The position numbers were made by a program, and so were the translations under genes. Below, piece by piece: positions 33,660-47,223 of a stretch of DNA of 64,000 bases; the stretch's first letter is position 1; each line of letters starts with the position of its first letter. The DNA is from Spizellomyces punctatus DAOM BR117 (taxonomy: Eukaryota). The stretch lies in NCBI GenBank assembly GCA_000182565.2, contig KQ257459.1. One strand, given 5' to 3'. The notes under the pieces are model-generated. The model saw only the letters and a list, made by a program, of their open reading frames with translations, was not told the DNA's origin and did not search any database.

Positions 33660-36600
33660 TCACTTAAAATGGAATCCAGAGCTGCATGTGAAACGTTAGT
33701 GCATGAAATGATAAGAAGATTTTATTGACTCATACTTACCTCCACACTACAGCTTTGGACAGCTTTTCCTCCAGTTTCTCTCGGTTTGAATATCTATAAA
33801 GACATATTTGATTGAAGCAAGTGTGTGATATTGGCAGGTTTTCCGAGTCCTAATAGATGGATGATAAAATTCGAGGTAATGAATTAGGCTATCCATGAAC
33901 AGCATATGATGTTGCCATTCTGCTACCTCGCCAAGACAGGACACTTTGAAAGCCATGTTCTGTATCCCTGTTGCCGGTATTCGATCGGTCCCTGTTACAA
34001 ATAGCAGGAGTTTTCTTTTCATCTCGGTGGGATACGCATTCACAATGTCCCAGAAATTGCGAACTGTTCGATCTGATGAGGTGAAACTGACACGAGCAGG
34101 ACATAAGATGAGATGCTCCAAAGGGAACGACCGGGTGATGCCCGTACCCTTCGTATTCAGTCACACCCTCGAGACCGTGAATATCAAGTTCTGTGCCGCC
34201 ACACACCATGAGTTCAATCTCCGCTGGGCGGAAGAGCGACAGGGCATTTCCGCCGCATACGTAGCCAAAGCCAGCTTTAAAGGCTGTAAACTGTGTCTCG
34301 ATCGAGTCATTGAGCACCCAGTTGACATATCTGTCGACGAACTCCTGTTTGTTGTCCTTCGTGACAGGTATCCTATCTCCATTGGGAACAAGCGGTACCT
34401 ATTTCCGCACGAGCATGAGATTGAAGTCACCATATCCTATATTATCAGTGGGGTTCACCTGCTTAACCTCGCCGAAGGCTTCATATTCTGCCACAAAGTC
34501 ACGGCAGAATACGGTCTCCACATCGTCACCATCGTATGACAGTAATTGTTCAAGACCTCTGCCCAAAGCAGGTCGCAACTTTTTCAGGTCTTCCAAACCA
34601 CAAACATGGCCAAGAAGTTTTTTATAGCACGCCGGTGGAAAGTGAACCTGTTTTCACCATTTGTGTTGAGCATTTATGGACATCATGAACCAAAGACACT
34701 GCAGTCCTACATCCAAGATGTTGGAGTTATGTATCGCCAGGCCAATGATTGTTCCTACGAGTCGAAACTCTTCGGTATTCTCAAACGATGCCGGGTTAAA
34801 CCAGCACAAATGGCTGTCGTCGTCAAATGTAAACATCCCATATTGCGGATCGAACAGATCCCGCACCAGTAGAAGAAACCACTCCTTAGTGAGGCCGCCA
34901 GCATCTACTCCGTCTTCGTCTGATGTGATATATAAATTCCATCGGTTGGCGTCATACAGTCTGCTGCGTTATGTGGCAATAAATATGACTTACTGACGAA
35001 CTCAATTCGCAGTTTTTTTTTCAGATCAAAATGTCGTGACTGCAATTGATTTAGAGAATCCTCTATTAAGGCACTTCTTCGAATGCGGAGCGACAAGAAT
35101 GGGTCCGTGACCAATCCGTGCAGGGCTGTGCGAAAGAAAGCCTCCTTGAATCTTGAATAGATGCGAGTCACTACTTTACGAATTAAACCCGTCGTTCAAA
35201 TGGTTGTACCTCTCTGCCATTTGCCGTTTGGCATCCGCTTCCATGATCTAGCCTTTGTCAACAAAGGTGAACCGGCAAAAACCATAGCTCAAAACTGGAT
35301 TACCTGCATTTTTCCCCCAAGCGAGACAAGAAATGGATATTGACAGAAAGCGAACGCACTGGAGAATTGTTCAATGATGTGGTGCTTCGAGTATCAACCT
35401 GACTAAGGCTACCAACCCGGTGCGATCACCTTGCCAAATTTGGAAATCTCTGTACAAGTTGATATAATCCACCACAGTATTGTAGAAATCGGCCATCGGT
35501 AGCTGCTCCGCACGATGGCCATTTGCCGCAGCTAGAGAAAAGAACGTCAACGATGTTCACACTTGTAGGTGCCCCATAGCGTCGAGAACTTACAGAGAAG
35601 AGCCATGACACGGGCTGCTGACCGCGTTGCCCAGTCTGAAGGATAGTTTTCTGTCATCCCTAACCCTCTCGATAAGAACTTCTTCCCGTGGCACTCTCCT
35701 AACAGCGCATACATACCCTCTTTCTGAGCTAACCGAAAGCTTATGAAATGATTGACCATTCCAACCCGTTTTTGAAAAACTGACAACGGGAGTCTATTTG
35801 GAATTGAACTTGAATATCTGCCACTCTATGATATTCATCCGAACCGGAGTGTACCGACCTTGCAAACCAGTTGACCACATAATGATGCAAGTCATTTGAA
35901 AGACAGGACGTCAGACCAAGGATACGTGCGAGAATGTCGTGATAATAATTGACCTCGACATTTGTGCCATGCGTCGAAAACATCGGGCACTGCAACGGTC
36001 ATATAGTCAGCCAGATGACTTCAATCTGAGTTCAGAAAACAAACCTCTAATAAAATCATCAGGAATCTGATATCTTCCTTTCGCACCAGTTGCCTGCTTA
36101 TGATACTCAGCCCATGACACTTTAGGTGCAAATTTATCATGTACAGTGCCAAAACTTAACCTGCCAGGTCGTCGGACAAGCTTATCAATGCCAACCATCA
36201 TGGCCCTTTGCAGCTTGGGTCCCTAAATCGACGTTTAACAACAAGATCTTTCTTCAGCTGCATCTCCTGCCAACAGTGACGAGGCTCACTTGTAACATTA
36301 TCAAGCGATATGCTTCTCGAACGTCAGTCAGTGCCACACCTGGTGTGTCCAGATTAGCTTCTGAATACTTAGCATATAGATTTAGCACTATTGATCAGTG
36401 AATATCCAACAACTCTGCGCGCGATGTTACATTCGAGAAGCTTTCGTTCAGCGCATAATATTTTGAAAAGCAGTCGTGGATGACAATCTCCGCATGAGCC
36501 TCATCAGTTTTGACATCGTTGAATAAGGTTTGAGCACTTTGAAGCGTCAGTGGTGCTGCAGAAGACGCCCCTAAATTCACAGTCGGTATAAAAAACCACA

Positions 36601-36960
36601 CAGCAGTGTAGAAGCAATGCGCATCACCATACCCTGTGCAAGTGGAAGAGGTGTCAGATCCGTTACACAGTCACAGACGGTGCAGCGAAAGCAAGATACA
36701 CTAGCAGGAAAACGGAGGAGGTTATAGCAGCACAAGCAGGTTGCCTTGCTTTCTTGTTGCTGAGTCGGTATCATGGGAAGGGTTGGGCATGGGGAATGGA
36801 ATTGGGAGCCGGAGGAGTTTGAATGGCGAGTGCTGGGTGAGTCATCACGGCTGTGCCATTTCTAGTCACATGACTCTACGGTACGAGCGACAAAACAGGA
36901 CCAGCCTTGCGTGCCGACACAGTTCTTCCTCTCTCATTTGCGGTACATCCATCCATCCAT
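33660..36960 (-). CDS. HUL4: HECT E3 ubiquitin ligase, Hul4/HECTD2 type (many introns; start approximate)
   Basis: CLCC..LLRFP...FRCTVC; DLKKKLRIEF; DAGGLTKEWF; LFDPQYGMF; LLLFVTGTDRIP; catalytic LPISHTCFN; final exon SGFHFK-stop at 33660. Confidence 0.88.
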
Positions 36961-37313
36961 CTTAGGTATTTATCAAGTCCGCTGTGCTTCGTAGGTTATG
37001 CATGTTGTGTGCATCCATCCTTCCGGCGAGAAACCGATTTCGGTGTTTGCGCGATGATCGTTGTGGGGCGAAGGAGGAGATGGATACACATGGGATAGAA
37101 CATGGCACCGGATGGGGGGGAATTGGACAATAATGTCGGGAGATAAGAATTGGGGAAGCACAAGCTTAGAAGCAAGCCTGCTGCCTGTGTAGTGTGGGGA
37201 AGGGGGAGACAGCTGGGCAGATGATTCCGCGAGTTCACGGGGTTGTGAATTGATTGCTTTCAGTTCACTCACCCCGATATCGTTTCCGTTACCTTGTTCT
37301 CTAGACAATCAAG

Positions 37314-37997
37314 ATGTTGATTCCGAAGAACAACCGCAAGAAGGTACTTGCTTCTATTTTGCTGATACTTGAGTTGTGTCTGATTTTGTCCAATTATCGC
37401 GGTTAGATCTACCAGTACCTCTTCCAGGAGGGAGTTATGGTGGCGAAGAAGGACTTCAACGCTCCTAAGCACCAGGACGTCGATGTCCCGAACCTTCAGG
37501 TCATCAAGGCCCTACAAAGCATGGCCTCCCGTGGTTATGTAGCCACCCGGTTCTCGTGGCAGTACTACTACTACTACTTGACCAACGAAGGTATTGAGTA
37601 CCTCCGTGAGTACTTGCACCTTCCCCCTGAGATCGTGCCCCGTACCTTCATCAAGACCACCAAGAGCGGTCCCCGCCCCGGTCGTCCTGGTATGTCGTCC
37701 TCCATTTGATCATTTTGAATATCTTCTCTAAACACCTAACCGATCCCGCAGAGGGTGACCGTCCTCCTCGCGGAGATGGTGAGCGCTTCAGGCCCCGTGG
37801 TGACGGTGAACGCGAATACCGTCGCCGCGACGACCGTCCTGGTGAAAAGAAGGAAGGAGCTGCTGGTGATTGGAGGCCGGAATTCGTAAGTGCTGGCAAA
37901 GATGCCTCTGATCAATGTCTTTTTTAAAACATGCTCATCGCGTTGTCATGTGTAGCGTGGTGGTGTTGGTCGTGGCGGCCCCCGTCCCGCTCAGTAA
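37314..37997 (+). CDS. RPS10: 40S ribosomal protein S10 (eS10)
   Basis: [28 protein letters not shown]...[25 protein letters not shown]...RGGVGRG; 3 introns. Confidence 0.97.
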
Positions 37998-38661
37998 GCC
38001 GCCCAAGCCTTGCAAGGAGAGGGCACTGTAGATATGGAGCCAACTTGTTTGGGAACCATTTACCTGTATCAATATAGATGCACCGCATCCTCACTTTATG
38101 CTTTGATGACTTGAAATGTGCGACCCAACGCTTTAAGTCTAATGCAAATCCTGCCATTGATTTGCTGATGTGCACAGAATTGGTCCCACGATTTCCAAAG
38201 TTTCTCTCCCGGAAAACATTCAGCAGATGATGTGTGCATAGTTTGCCTAATGGAAACAGCCCAGACCCCCTTCCGGGACCATATTCAATCACACTAATCA
38301 CGCTTTCAGGCTGCACCCGTGTTGACCGCCTCCAAAGCACCTGCCCTAAGGAGTGTATCGGTACAACTCACATCAATGTCTGCATTGGACAAATGGATAT
38401 GAGTGTAAATAGGTGGCATGTGAAGTACAGTACCAAGCAAAATGATATAATTCACATCAAACTACTGTGCTTGTCCGGTGCATACATCGATACGACTTGC
38501 GTATACAAAAGCTACTGGAAACGTTCGACGGCTGGAACGTATCCTAACAGTATGTATAACAACTTCATAAACAACTCTAGTCACAAACAAGAATGTACGG
38601 ATGTAGGCGAAATCTTATTATTATTGATGACGCTGTAATATACACCGCCATAACAATGATC

Positions 38662-39591
38662 TTAACGGTAGCGACGGAGAGACAAAGTGTTGCGACGGAG
38701 CCAGCTGGCGTAGCGACCACCACCCCTGACTTTGTTGTGCAAGTGGCCCTTGCCAATGCCACGATTCTTCTTGCCAATAGCAGTGAGACCGCGAGACTCA
38801 CGGTGCTTGTGCACGGGCTTCACGATCCAGTTGATGCGGGGATCGCGACGGATGGCCTTGTGCTGGGGGTCCACCAGGATAACCTCGAAGAACTTGTAGG
38901 TAGCGTCCTGCACAACACATGTTAAATACAATCAAGTACAGAAACTCACCCGCCAATTACCTGGTTCACCCAGTACGAGTTCAAAACGCGCAAGTTAGGG
39001 CACTTGCGACCGACGCGTTCTTCCGCCGTAGCACGAGCTGCTCGCTGGTACTTGAGCTCACTGATACCCTGGCTAGCGGGCTTACCATAAACCTGGCCCT
39101 TAGGTGCAAGCCTCTTACGGTTACCGCGGCGAACTCGGATGCGGTAGATGACATAGCCCTGCTTGGCCTTGTATCCCAAGCGACGAGCCTTGTCCGGGCG
39201 GGAGGGACGGGATGCCCGGTGGATGACATTCAATTGCCGGTATTCCCAACAGCGGACGCGGAGAAGGAACCGGAGAACATCCGATTGCTTCTTCTTGTAC
39301 AGCTCTTCGAGATACTGTAAAATGACTATGTCAGAAGGAAGATGTCGACAATATTGCATGCATTATTAGATTACCTTGTAAGCTATGGTGAAGGATCAAA
39401 GTTGCAAAGGATATTTCATATAGGAACGAGCAGGGAAGAGAACAGCATTAATGGTCAGGGCCCCAAAAAGGTCATCAATCTGGCCACATTAACACCCTCT
39501 ATGTGGTGCACTCATTCCCAGTAATACAGGGAACGGGCGTGTGGCCGATCTATAAAAGGAGCACAGGACATGCCAACTACTAACCACCCAT
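38662..39591 (-). CDS. RPL15: 60S ribosomal protein L15 (eL15)
   Basis: [32 protein letters not shown]...LSLRRYR; includes an 8-nt exon 39375-39382. Confidence 0.97.
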
Positions 39592-40227
39592 TTCGAATTA
39601 TCTACTGGAAAAAGTTAAAAAAGGGGAAATATTGGGTTAGTGACTGCCAGCTCAAAAACACACTGAAGGCACCAGGGTAGACACTGGAGAACAATTCTTT
39701 CCGTCCATCTCTTCCTCCGCCCATTGAAGTCAACCTCGTGCGATCCTTGTAATGTCTTTCGGAAAAGACCCATTTCTTGCGCTGACACATGCGCACCCAC
39801 ATTCTTCCCCATGACACCAACCCTCTGTCCTGTCACCAGCCCTACCGAGTCCAACCCGATCACGCACAAATGCCAACAGATGGATGGATGGATGGATGAA
39901 TGAACCTTGCAATACTCACCTCCAAGACGTCGGTGGAACGCTGACGACTATTTGGATCTGCTCTCGAGAAGGAAGGAAGACGGGTCTCACCAAAGCTGAA
40001 TTTCAGTTGGCACGGTTATGTCACGTGTAACTATATCACGTGCCATAGTCCAAAGGCGCGAGAGCGCTTCGGCCGGGAGCACCACACGTTCAACCGTGCT
40101 CATGCAGCAGAGCAGTGAACGTTAAGGGAGCCGACTCGGGAGAACATAGTTGAAATACTTCTTGAAGCTCGCGTGCAATGTGGCGACTCTGATTATTTCA
40201 TAGATATTGAGCCCGGCGTCATATCCT

Positions 40228-42948
40228 ATGGTGGTCCTTCTGACGGTTAACTTGGGCGACCCCACGAACGCCCGAGGGAGTGACGGCATCTTCTTCTCAG
40301 GAGAAAGATTCACATGTAGCTTGACGTTCTCAAACGTAGTATCCTCACCAACATCGCGTTACGGTTCTGAAAGTACCGACCCGAAGCGGAATGAATCTGA
40401 TGGGGAGCACAGTCAGACTCTGACTGCGTACAGCCCAACCACAAGAAGTCCCAACTCGTCCTTATCGGAAACGGGGTCCGACGGCGTTCACGCATTCTCA
40501 GAAGTACCCCAGTCACATTCTGACACAGTGAGCAGCGGTTTGGAGGCTGTCAAAGAAGAAGGAGATGGCGGTCGAGTGAACGCTCCAAGGCCGGATACAG
40601 GTTCCAGGCCACCACCGAGGGGCGCTGGCTCAGGCCTTCGACTATCTCGACCAAAGCACGTAGTCTCTCGTGGACCGCTAAGCGCTGGAGGTAATGGCAC
40701 TCGGAATGCGTCTCTTGAAAGCATGACTTTCAGTCAACTGCTTCGGAAGTCTATTTCTTTGTCATCCTTGCGATCTGCGGTCGGCTCTACGCTGGGTCTT
40801 CTTGGATCTAGTGCTGAACATGACCTATCTCAATATCCACAAAGGCGAGGGCACATGCAAGTCATTCGACAATTGCAGCCGGCCGAACCTCCGCGTGCCC
40901 TACGGACTACCGGAGCTCCCCGTGCCCCTCTACCCTCGAGTTTACATGCATCACCCCCGTCTTCACCAGCACCTCTCTCCCCTGTAACCATACCACCGCA
41001 AATTGAAGTACGCGGTGCGAATAGGATATCCCTGCATACTGTTTCCATGCACAGTCCGAGTAGTCCAGGCTCCTCCACGTCGGACTTGCATTCGGCTCCC
41101 GGTACCGCGCATGTACAGCAGCGTTTCAGCAGCAGTTACGGCGATCTCACTAAACAATATCCTCCTCTTCCTCGGAATTCCTTCGACACATGGCATTCAA
41201 CCAGAGGCTCTGCTCCATCCCCAATGGGGTCCAAACCGGAGTCTATTACCTGGGCTTATGTGCAGATGACTGGACATTTTTCTGTGGACCCAGCATTCAT
41301 AAAAGCCAGCGCATTCGAAGCTCTCAAGTCGAAAGTCATGTACCGCTCTGCCGCAGTTACTGGAGGGGGCGTAGGGGGTGGCGGAACATTGGGTATCAGC
41401 TCCACTACAAGCTCGCCGAATGATCGGTCTGCAGGTATACTTATAGACGCTGACCAGCGGAACTCCCTGACATCCCAATTTAATCACGTATACACTTGGC
41501 AGAGACCAAAAACCTACCCTTGTACAGCACGCCACCGTCTATTCTCTTTACAGACTTGTCTCTGGCACCAGGCGAAAGTAAAACATGTGCGCAGTGGATG
41601 TGAGCCAAGATGCTCTTTGCGGCGTTCGCCGGTTTCGAACGCGGTCAATACTTACTGACTCGCGAATTTTTGTATTCATAGATAAGTACGAAATTCTGCT
41701 GCCCGCGAATTTGCCACCATCTCATAGAGGCAAAGCGATCCGTTTCTCCTATAAACTCATTGTTGGAATTCAACGAGGCGGTATTGCGCACAGATCCCAG
41801 GTTATCCAATTGCCGTTCCGAGTTTTCAGTCAAGTTCATGGTGAGTGTGCTTTGTGATTCAGCTTGTGTGGAGTTCGAGAGTGGAAACTAAAATCCGGCG
41901 CTCGGATGACAATATAGATGATGGCTCTCGGCCGATATACGAAATAGCAAACCCAGTCGTTATAAATAAAGATGAGGCGGTTGTTTCTACCGAGACGGTG
42001 CATCATGCTCTGCCCCCGACGTTGTTGACCCTGGACCGAATAGGTCCGTTGTCCTTTGATTGCATCTGGTGAAAGTGTACCGGTACTGGTGGTATTTACC
42101 AAACTCATAGATAACCGCAGGGCGACAGTCCGACCCCGCTCAAAGACGAAGTCGCTTCTGGAGAAGGACGACATTGTAGATTGCATGGCGCGAACCATAA
42201 ACCTCTGCCAGCATACTAAGAAAGGTGTAGCTTGAACGTGCGAATTTGAATCTTGAAATGGACAATTGGAAGTACTAAATATTACGCCAGTATCATATGA
42301 CATATGCAAGAATAACGAACATGTCGCACAACTAATCCTCCCTCGGAATGTTTATCGTTTGGGAGAAACCGTGATGGGGATGCTGGACTTTAGCAATAGC
42401 TCAATACCATGTTACCAGGTGGGTTCGGTTAATTTGCTCGGTTTTCCACTAACACATTAACCCAATTGTTCCTGTAGCTGTCTGCCTTCCTGGAGAACAA
42501 TGAGCATATTGAAGAACCCTTTGCAGTACGATCAAATGAGCAGTCCTCGCGGCTCACACGACGTGTGTACGCCGAGCATCACAGATATTCTCTCAACACC
42601 CAGCGCGCACACATCGAACTCTTCCTGCCCGTAAGCTGCAGTCCTGAATTCCAAACATCAGCAGGTAAACTTTGTAGCCTGTCATGATAGTGTTGAAGTT
42701 GTATTACTGTGATTTTGTAACGTTATTTCGCTTGTTTAGTGTCGGTCCAGTGGTGCTTACGATTGGAATTCATCACTGGTTCAAATACTCGCCTTCATCT
42801 GCGTGCTTCGAACGATGTCCACTTCGCGCACATGCATGCCAATCCCACTGCAGCCGTAGAAGCGTTCGACTGTGTGATTCCCTTACGAGTTTACGGTGCA
42901 AAGACCGCACGGACTACCCAGAGTATGCAGCTTTTTGAAATACCATGA
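40228..42948 (+). CDS. RGP1: Rgp1 (Ric1-Rgp1 Rab6/Ypt6 GEF subunit)
   Basis: FFSGERFTCSLTF; ESITWAYVQMTGHF; YSTPPSILF; LPPSHRGKAIRFSYKL; YRLGETV; VQWCLRLEF; FDCVIPLRV. Confidence 0.85.
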
Positions 42949-43070
42949 TTTAAATGGAATAAATTATACCAATATCCGCGCATGTGCACCTCACATGGCA
43001 TTTTCGTTTGCAACGCCTATAGACTTATTCACCCTTCAAGCATAGCAGGAACAATGCAGCCCGGGTTTTG

Positions 43071-46000
43071 ATGGCATGGCCTACAGTCTTTGTTGCAACC
43101 ACAATAGACCAGTTCAAACCGCCGGTAGCTAGTCTACTACGAGTTGTATTATGTAAGCATGCGTCACGTGCAGTAATTGAAATGAAGAGCACAGCCACCA
43201 TATCTAAGTTCTTGGGAGGGTCGTGGGAAAGTTGCCTGCCGGGACATGCCAGAACTACACCCGCTTCACCACTATCGTATATATCGAGTTGTGGAGCTCT
43301 TACATGGGAATAGGGATGGTGCGTTTCTCTCCAGTGGTTATGATGGTAGCTGCGCAGAGAGTGCATGGCCGCTGTTGGTTGGGCAATTCGTCACAAAGCG
43401 GGTTGCCGAGGCGACATATCCTCAAAACGGACTATCTCAGTCTCCGGCAGCTATTTGCTTCTGTGACAGTACTGGTGCGGTCCCCTGCGAACTGGTGTCC
43501 TTTGATATGTCCTGGCTCGGACGTGATTGTTGTTTAAAAGGCTGGAACGTCGTTCCGATATTTTCAGCGCCCAAAACGGTGAATGAACGTCCAGACAGGG
43601 ATGAGCTAGTTCCTCTCAGTAATGCAGTGGATTGCACATACTCGTCTTCTTATTTGGAGGTTACGACAAAGCCGTACTTGCTTCCTGCGAATCACTTTTT
43701 GACAACGTGCTGGTCATATTCATTTACAAGCATCGAATGTGATATTTTAGCCGAAGCTTCAAATGCAGAAGGGATTTTCGTCAGTGAAAATCCATCAAGG
43801 TCGGTCGATGAGAATGGAGGAAGAGAGAAGACTGGTCACAAGCCAGATGTTCAGGACGCTGCGGAGCCAGATTACAATCGAACTAAATCCAACATCGTGT
43901 CTGTCGAGGGGGTGGTTCGCGCTCGCAGCGTATTGAATATTGGAGATCGTCAAACATCCTTTTTTGTGGAACTGACCTGTGATAGACTACTGAATGCTAT
44001 GGGAAAACAGCTGACACTATTGGAGACTGGAGAGGAAACACAAATCCCAGCTGATCTGCAAGCGATCGTTACTGTTTTCGTACTTTACAGAGAGCCCAAG
44101 GAATCTTTGAAGGACATATTACCCTATTACGAGAGCACTCGGATTGGCTGTCGGTATCTGCTGGTCGGATTACAAGCGGCGGCCGTCAAGTTCGATCAGG
44201 CAAACGGAACATCTCGGAAAAAGAAGATCCTTTTGTTTTCGTTATCCAGCTCGAAGATGATATTTCTGGACTCATTTACCTCTTCTCGACCCACATCCCC
44301 GCAAAAGTACCCATTTCGTCCCTTCCCTCTATCTCCATCTTCAGTTCCACGTGCCAGCGTGCAACCAGCCTGTTCAGAGTTTTCTCCCAGCATATGTCAG
44401 ACATACCTTCTCTCGTACGTGGGCCACATCGCAAGGATTCTTGATGTAGGTGCCGGGATATATGAGCTCGACGGGAAGAATCTGCTCTACACTACCTTCT
44501 ACTATCTACCTGGTTCGGGAAGAGGTTTTCGGGTCGGAGCGCAGATTGAACTTCACAACGTACACATGGTTGTCGGTAATGTCCATCTGCCGCGCTTGCC
44601 GTACGACTCAGATACGGGTCAACCAAAGCAAGCGATCTTTCTTGCCTGTCCGTGCTCGACGCTGACCATCCGTGCTTTCTCTACGAGCAATATCCCATGC
44701 TTCGTGTGTCCCATTAAACAGCGTACAGATATTTTGGAGAAATTGCGAGGCTTCAATGTCCCTGACATGCTTCTTTTTAAGAAATTACAGAAGCACTTGC
44801 GGAGTTTAACTTTCGCGGGAGCTATAGACAGTCTCGAGGGGATAGTAGGTGACTTGCAGTGGAGCAGGGCCCAAGTGATCAATCTGCTGATGCAATTCGG
44901 ATATACCCCATTTGAACCCAGTCTTCAAAATATTCTGCTGAATCATGGCGACAACTGTAGGCTGGCGAACTGGCGATATCCGATTCCGGACGTCGTATCC
45001 ATTGCGCATCTCCGCGAGGCTCCAGAGGTGGTAGAATTTGTTGCGAAGACATCTTATCAAAGAACTATGGGATGGGGCTATAGACGATTTGATCAAGTTG
45101 AGCTGAAGATGGAACGTTCTTGGCTGATTGGTTGGTTAGTCGGAGATGACACCGGGAACCTTCAGCTTCGCGATCGGTCCGGGAAGATACTAGTGGTGGT
45201 GGACTCGGGTAACCGTATCATCGATGTGGACGATCTGGGACAACTTTGGGCCATCAAAAACTTCCATCTAGTCGTGGAAACCTTCGGCCCTTCCACGCCA
45301 GTCAAGGTCTACTTGAACATTTGTCTCTCCACCGCTCACTGTATTGGACAGCCAAGTTCTCATGGTGCGACTTCACCCCGTGAAACGTTCGCGCCGACGG
45401 ATATGCTCTTTGTCTGGCATCATTCTCCCCTGCCCACAGCTCACATAAGTACTGACGGAGGCGTGGTACCTACGGTGGTAATCCAGGGAGCTTCGTTTCA
45501 GGTGGCCATGGATCGACTGAAATGCTGCCGCACAACCTATGTCGAATTTTCTAATTGTGGGTCAGTGATTACCAAGGCACTCAGCCCCGATCAAGTGTAT
45601 CTCATTCGTGACGCTGAAAATGTTGATCAGGACCAAGAAAATGTGGGCGCCACTTTCAATACTCCGCTATACCTTCGATTTGCGAAAGGAACACGTCTAA
45701 AGAAGGCAGTTGTAGGAAACGCAACCACCTGTCATGCAGACACAGCTAGTGATGGTGTTCATCCGTCATTTTCGCTCCCTGATAGTGATATCGAGCAACT
45801 AAACAGGGCACGATACAGTGAGACATATAGAAGCGTGGGTGCGTTAGTGAGCCGTCACCTAGATATGCACGGCGATCCAGATGACCTTTGTGACTATTTG
45901 GTCTGCATGGAAGGCATCATTCAGCTGAAAGAGCTTCGGGAAGCTGCTCCAGATGAGGTCATAAATTTGCGGCTCGCACTGGAACTTTTTGAGAAACACA

Positions 46001-46986
46001 CGATCGGGACAGCAAGGCATGACCGGATCCTTTTTCTTCGTGTACAGGATCCCGAGACATTTGACACCATTGATGTGTATCTGGATCTTCGCCGACACAC
46101 CTTCCCACTCGGTCTGCTCCCAGGTAGTTTCGTGCGATTTCGAAAACTAGCGATCCGGCTATCCAACAATGGATCAATATATGGCCAATCTATTGCCGAA
46201 ACATCCATTTCAATCTCGAACCAATCTAAAGTTGCTCACGCCCTGCCGGAATCCTCCCACCCGAAAGTCTTGTTCAAGCTGGCTGCATTTTGGGGTGGGG
46301 TCACTGCACATCGCGCATATATGCACGTGAAATGCACGATAACTTGTATTTTGGAAGTATCTCTTTGGTATGCATGCCTTTTATGCCGATCAAAGATTGT
46401 CAGCCAATCCTGTCCTAATGAGTGTGCGCAAATGCATCATTCTCTACATGGGAAAGCACGTATTTTTGTTGAGGATGGAACGAGTGAAGCGTTGTTGTTG
46501 GTTGACGATGTTGATACGGTGCTTGCGCTCTTGCAAGCCAAGTCAGGTAAATTGCGAGGGCAACTGGAGACTGTGATACGCCGAACTGGTGAAGAGACAT
46601 TTGTTGCGAACCCTCCATGGCTGGCCGAGGCGGGGGCTGAAGAGCCGAATCATGTCATGAAGGATAGGACGAATGGCATCCAATCCCACCAGGGATCTTT
46701 GGGTCCGTCAGATGATTCTGTCGACGACCTTTTTAGGTCATGTTGCAAACGCCCGGAACTGCTCCGTGCAGTCATATTGCGCTGCAAGCGTGTATCGAAG
46801 CGGGGGGGTGCAACAAAATCTTTCAATGAGCAGAACGATTTGAGACGGAGGACGTTCAAAAGCAGCGACGGTGTACATTTACCGACAGTTGCACAAGCTC
46901 GACTGATCATCCAGGCTACAGATTTAGAAGAGGTGGATGCGAAAGCAGAGGCGGCACGGCTGCTGGCATTGTTGACTTGTGGATAG
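43071..46986 (+). CDS. CTC1: CST complex large subunit CTC1-like, multi-OB-fold (start approximate)
   Basis: 1246-aa open exon; GFRVGAQIELHNVH, GNLQLRDRSG, FPLGLLPGSFVRF, C-terminal CxxC...C...C and ARIFVEDGTSEA match recalled CTC1 motifs. Confidence 0.75.
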
Positions 46987-47223
46987 CACGACAGTGCAGG
47001 CGGCGCTAGAATTCGGTTTCTAAGATTGCAGAGAATGCTGGATTGGACCTTTGTATATAATAATAATGATAATAGAACCATAATGATTATTTTTTGTTCA
47101 TAACAATTAATACAGGGCAGTTGTATTCACACTAGCCAAATAATGTAAAAGGCATTTCACGTAATATGAAATAGAGACAAAACTCAACATGACATTTACG
47201 CTGGAAACTGAAACTATCCATCG

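Larger units (their letters stand above)
21330..33690. other. Gene-free, CpG-depleted nested retrotransposon island
   Basis: Lies between convergent SSK1 and HUL4. AT-rich flanks (21.4-22.0 kb and 32.7-33.65 kb) show no CpG, whereas the host genes on both sides are CpG-rich. Confidence 0.85.

Noticed and set aside
38100-38170. C/D-box snoRNA downstream of RPS10 (TGATGA...CTGA); similar pair at 53626-53811
   Set aside because: No rRNA-complementary guide that I could recognise and only weak terminal stems; these motifs occur by chance.
39383-39415. U12-type (minor) intron signal ATATCCTTT/TCCTTCAC in the RPL15 intron
   Set aside because: The motif is not at an intron 5' end and the intron starts GTTAGT (U2-type). 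Other RTATCCTT hits I saw are in exons, mid-intron, in unannotated sequence or on the wrong strand.
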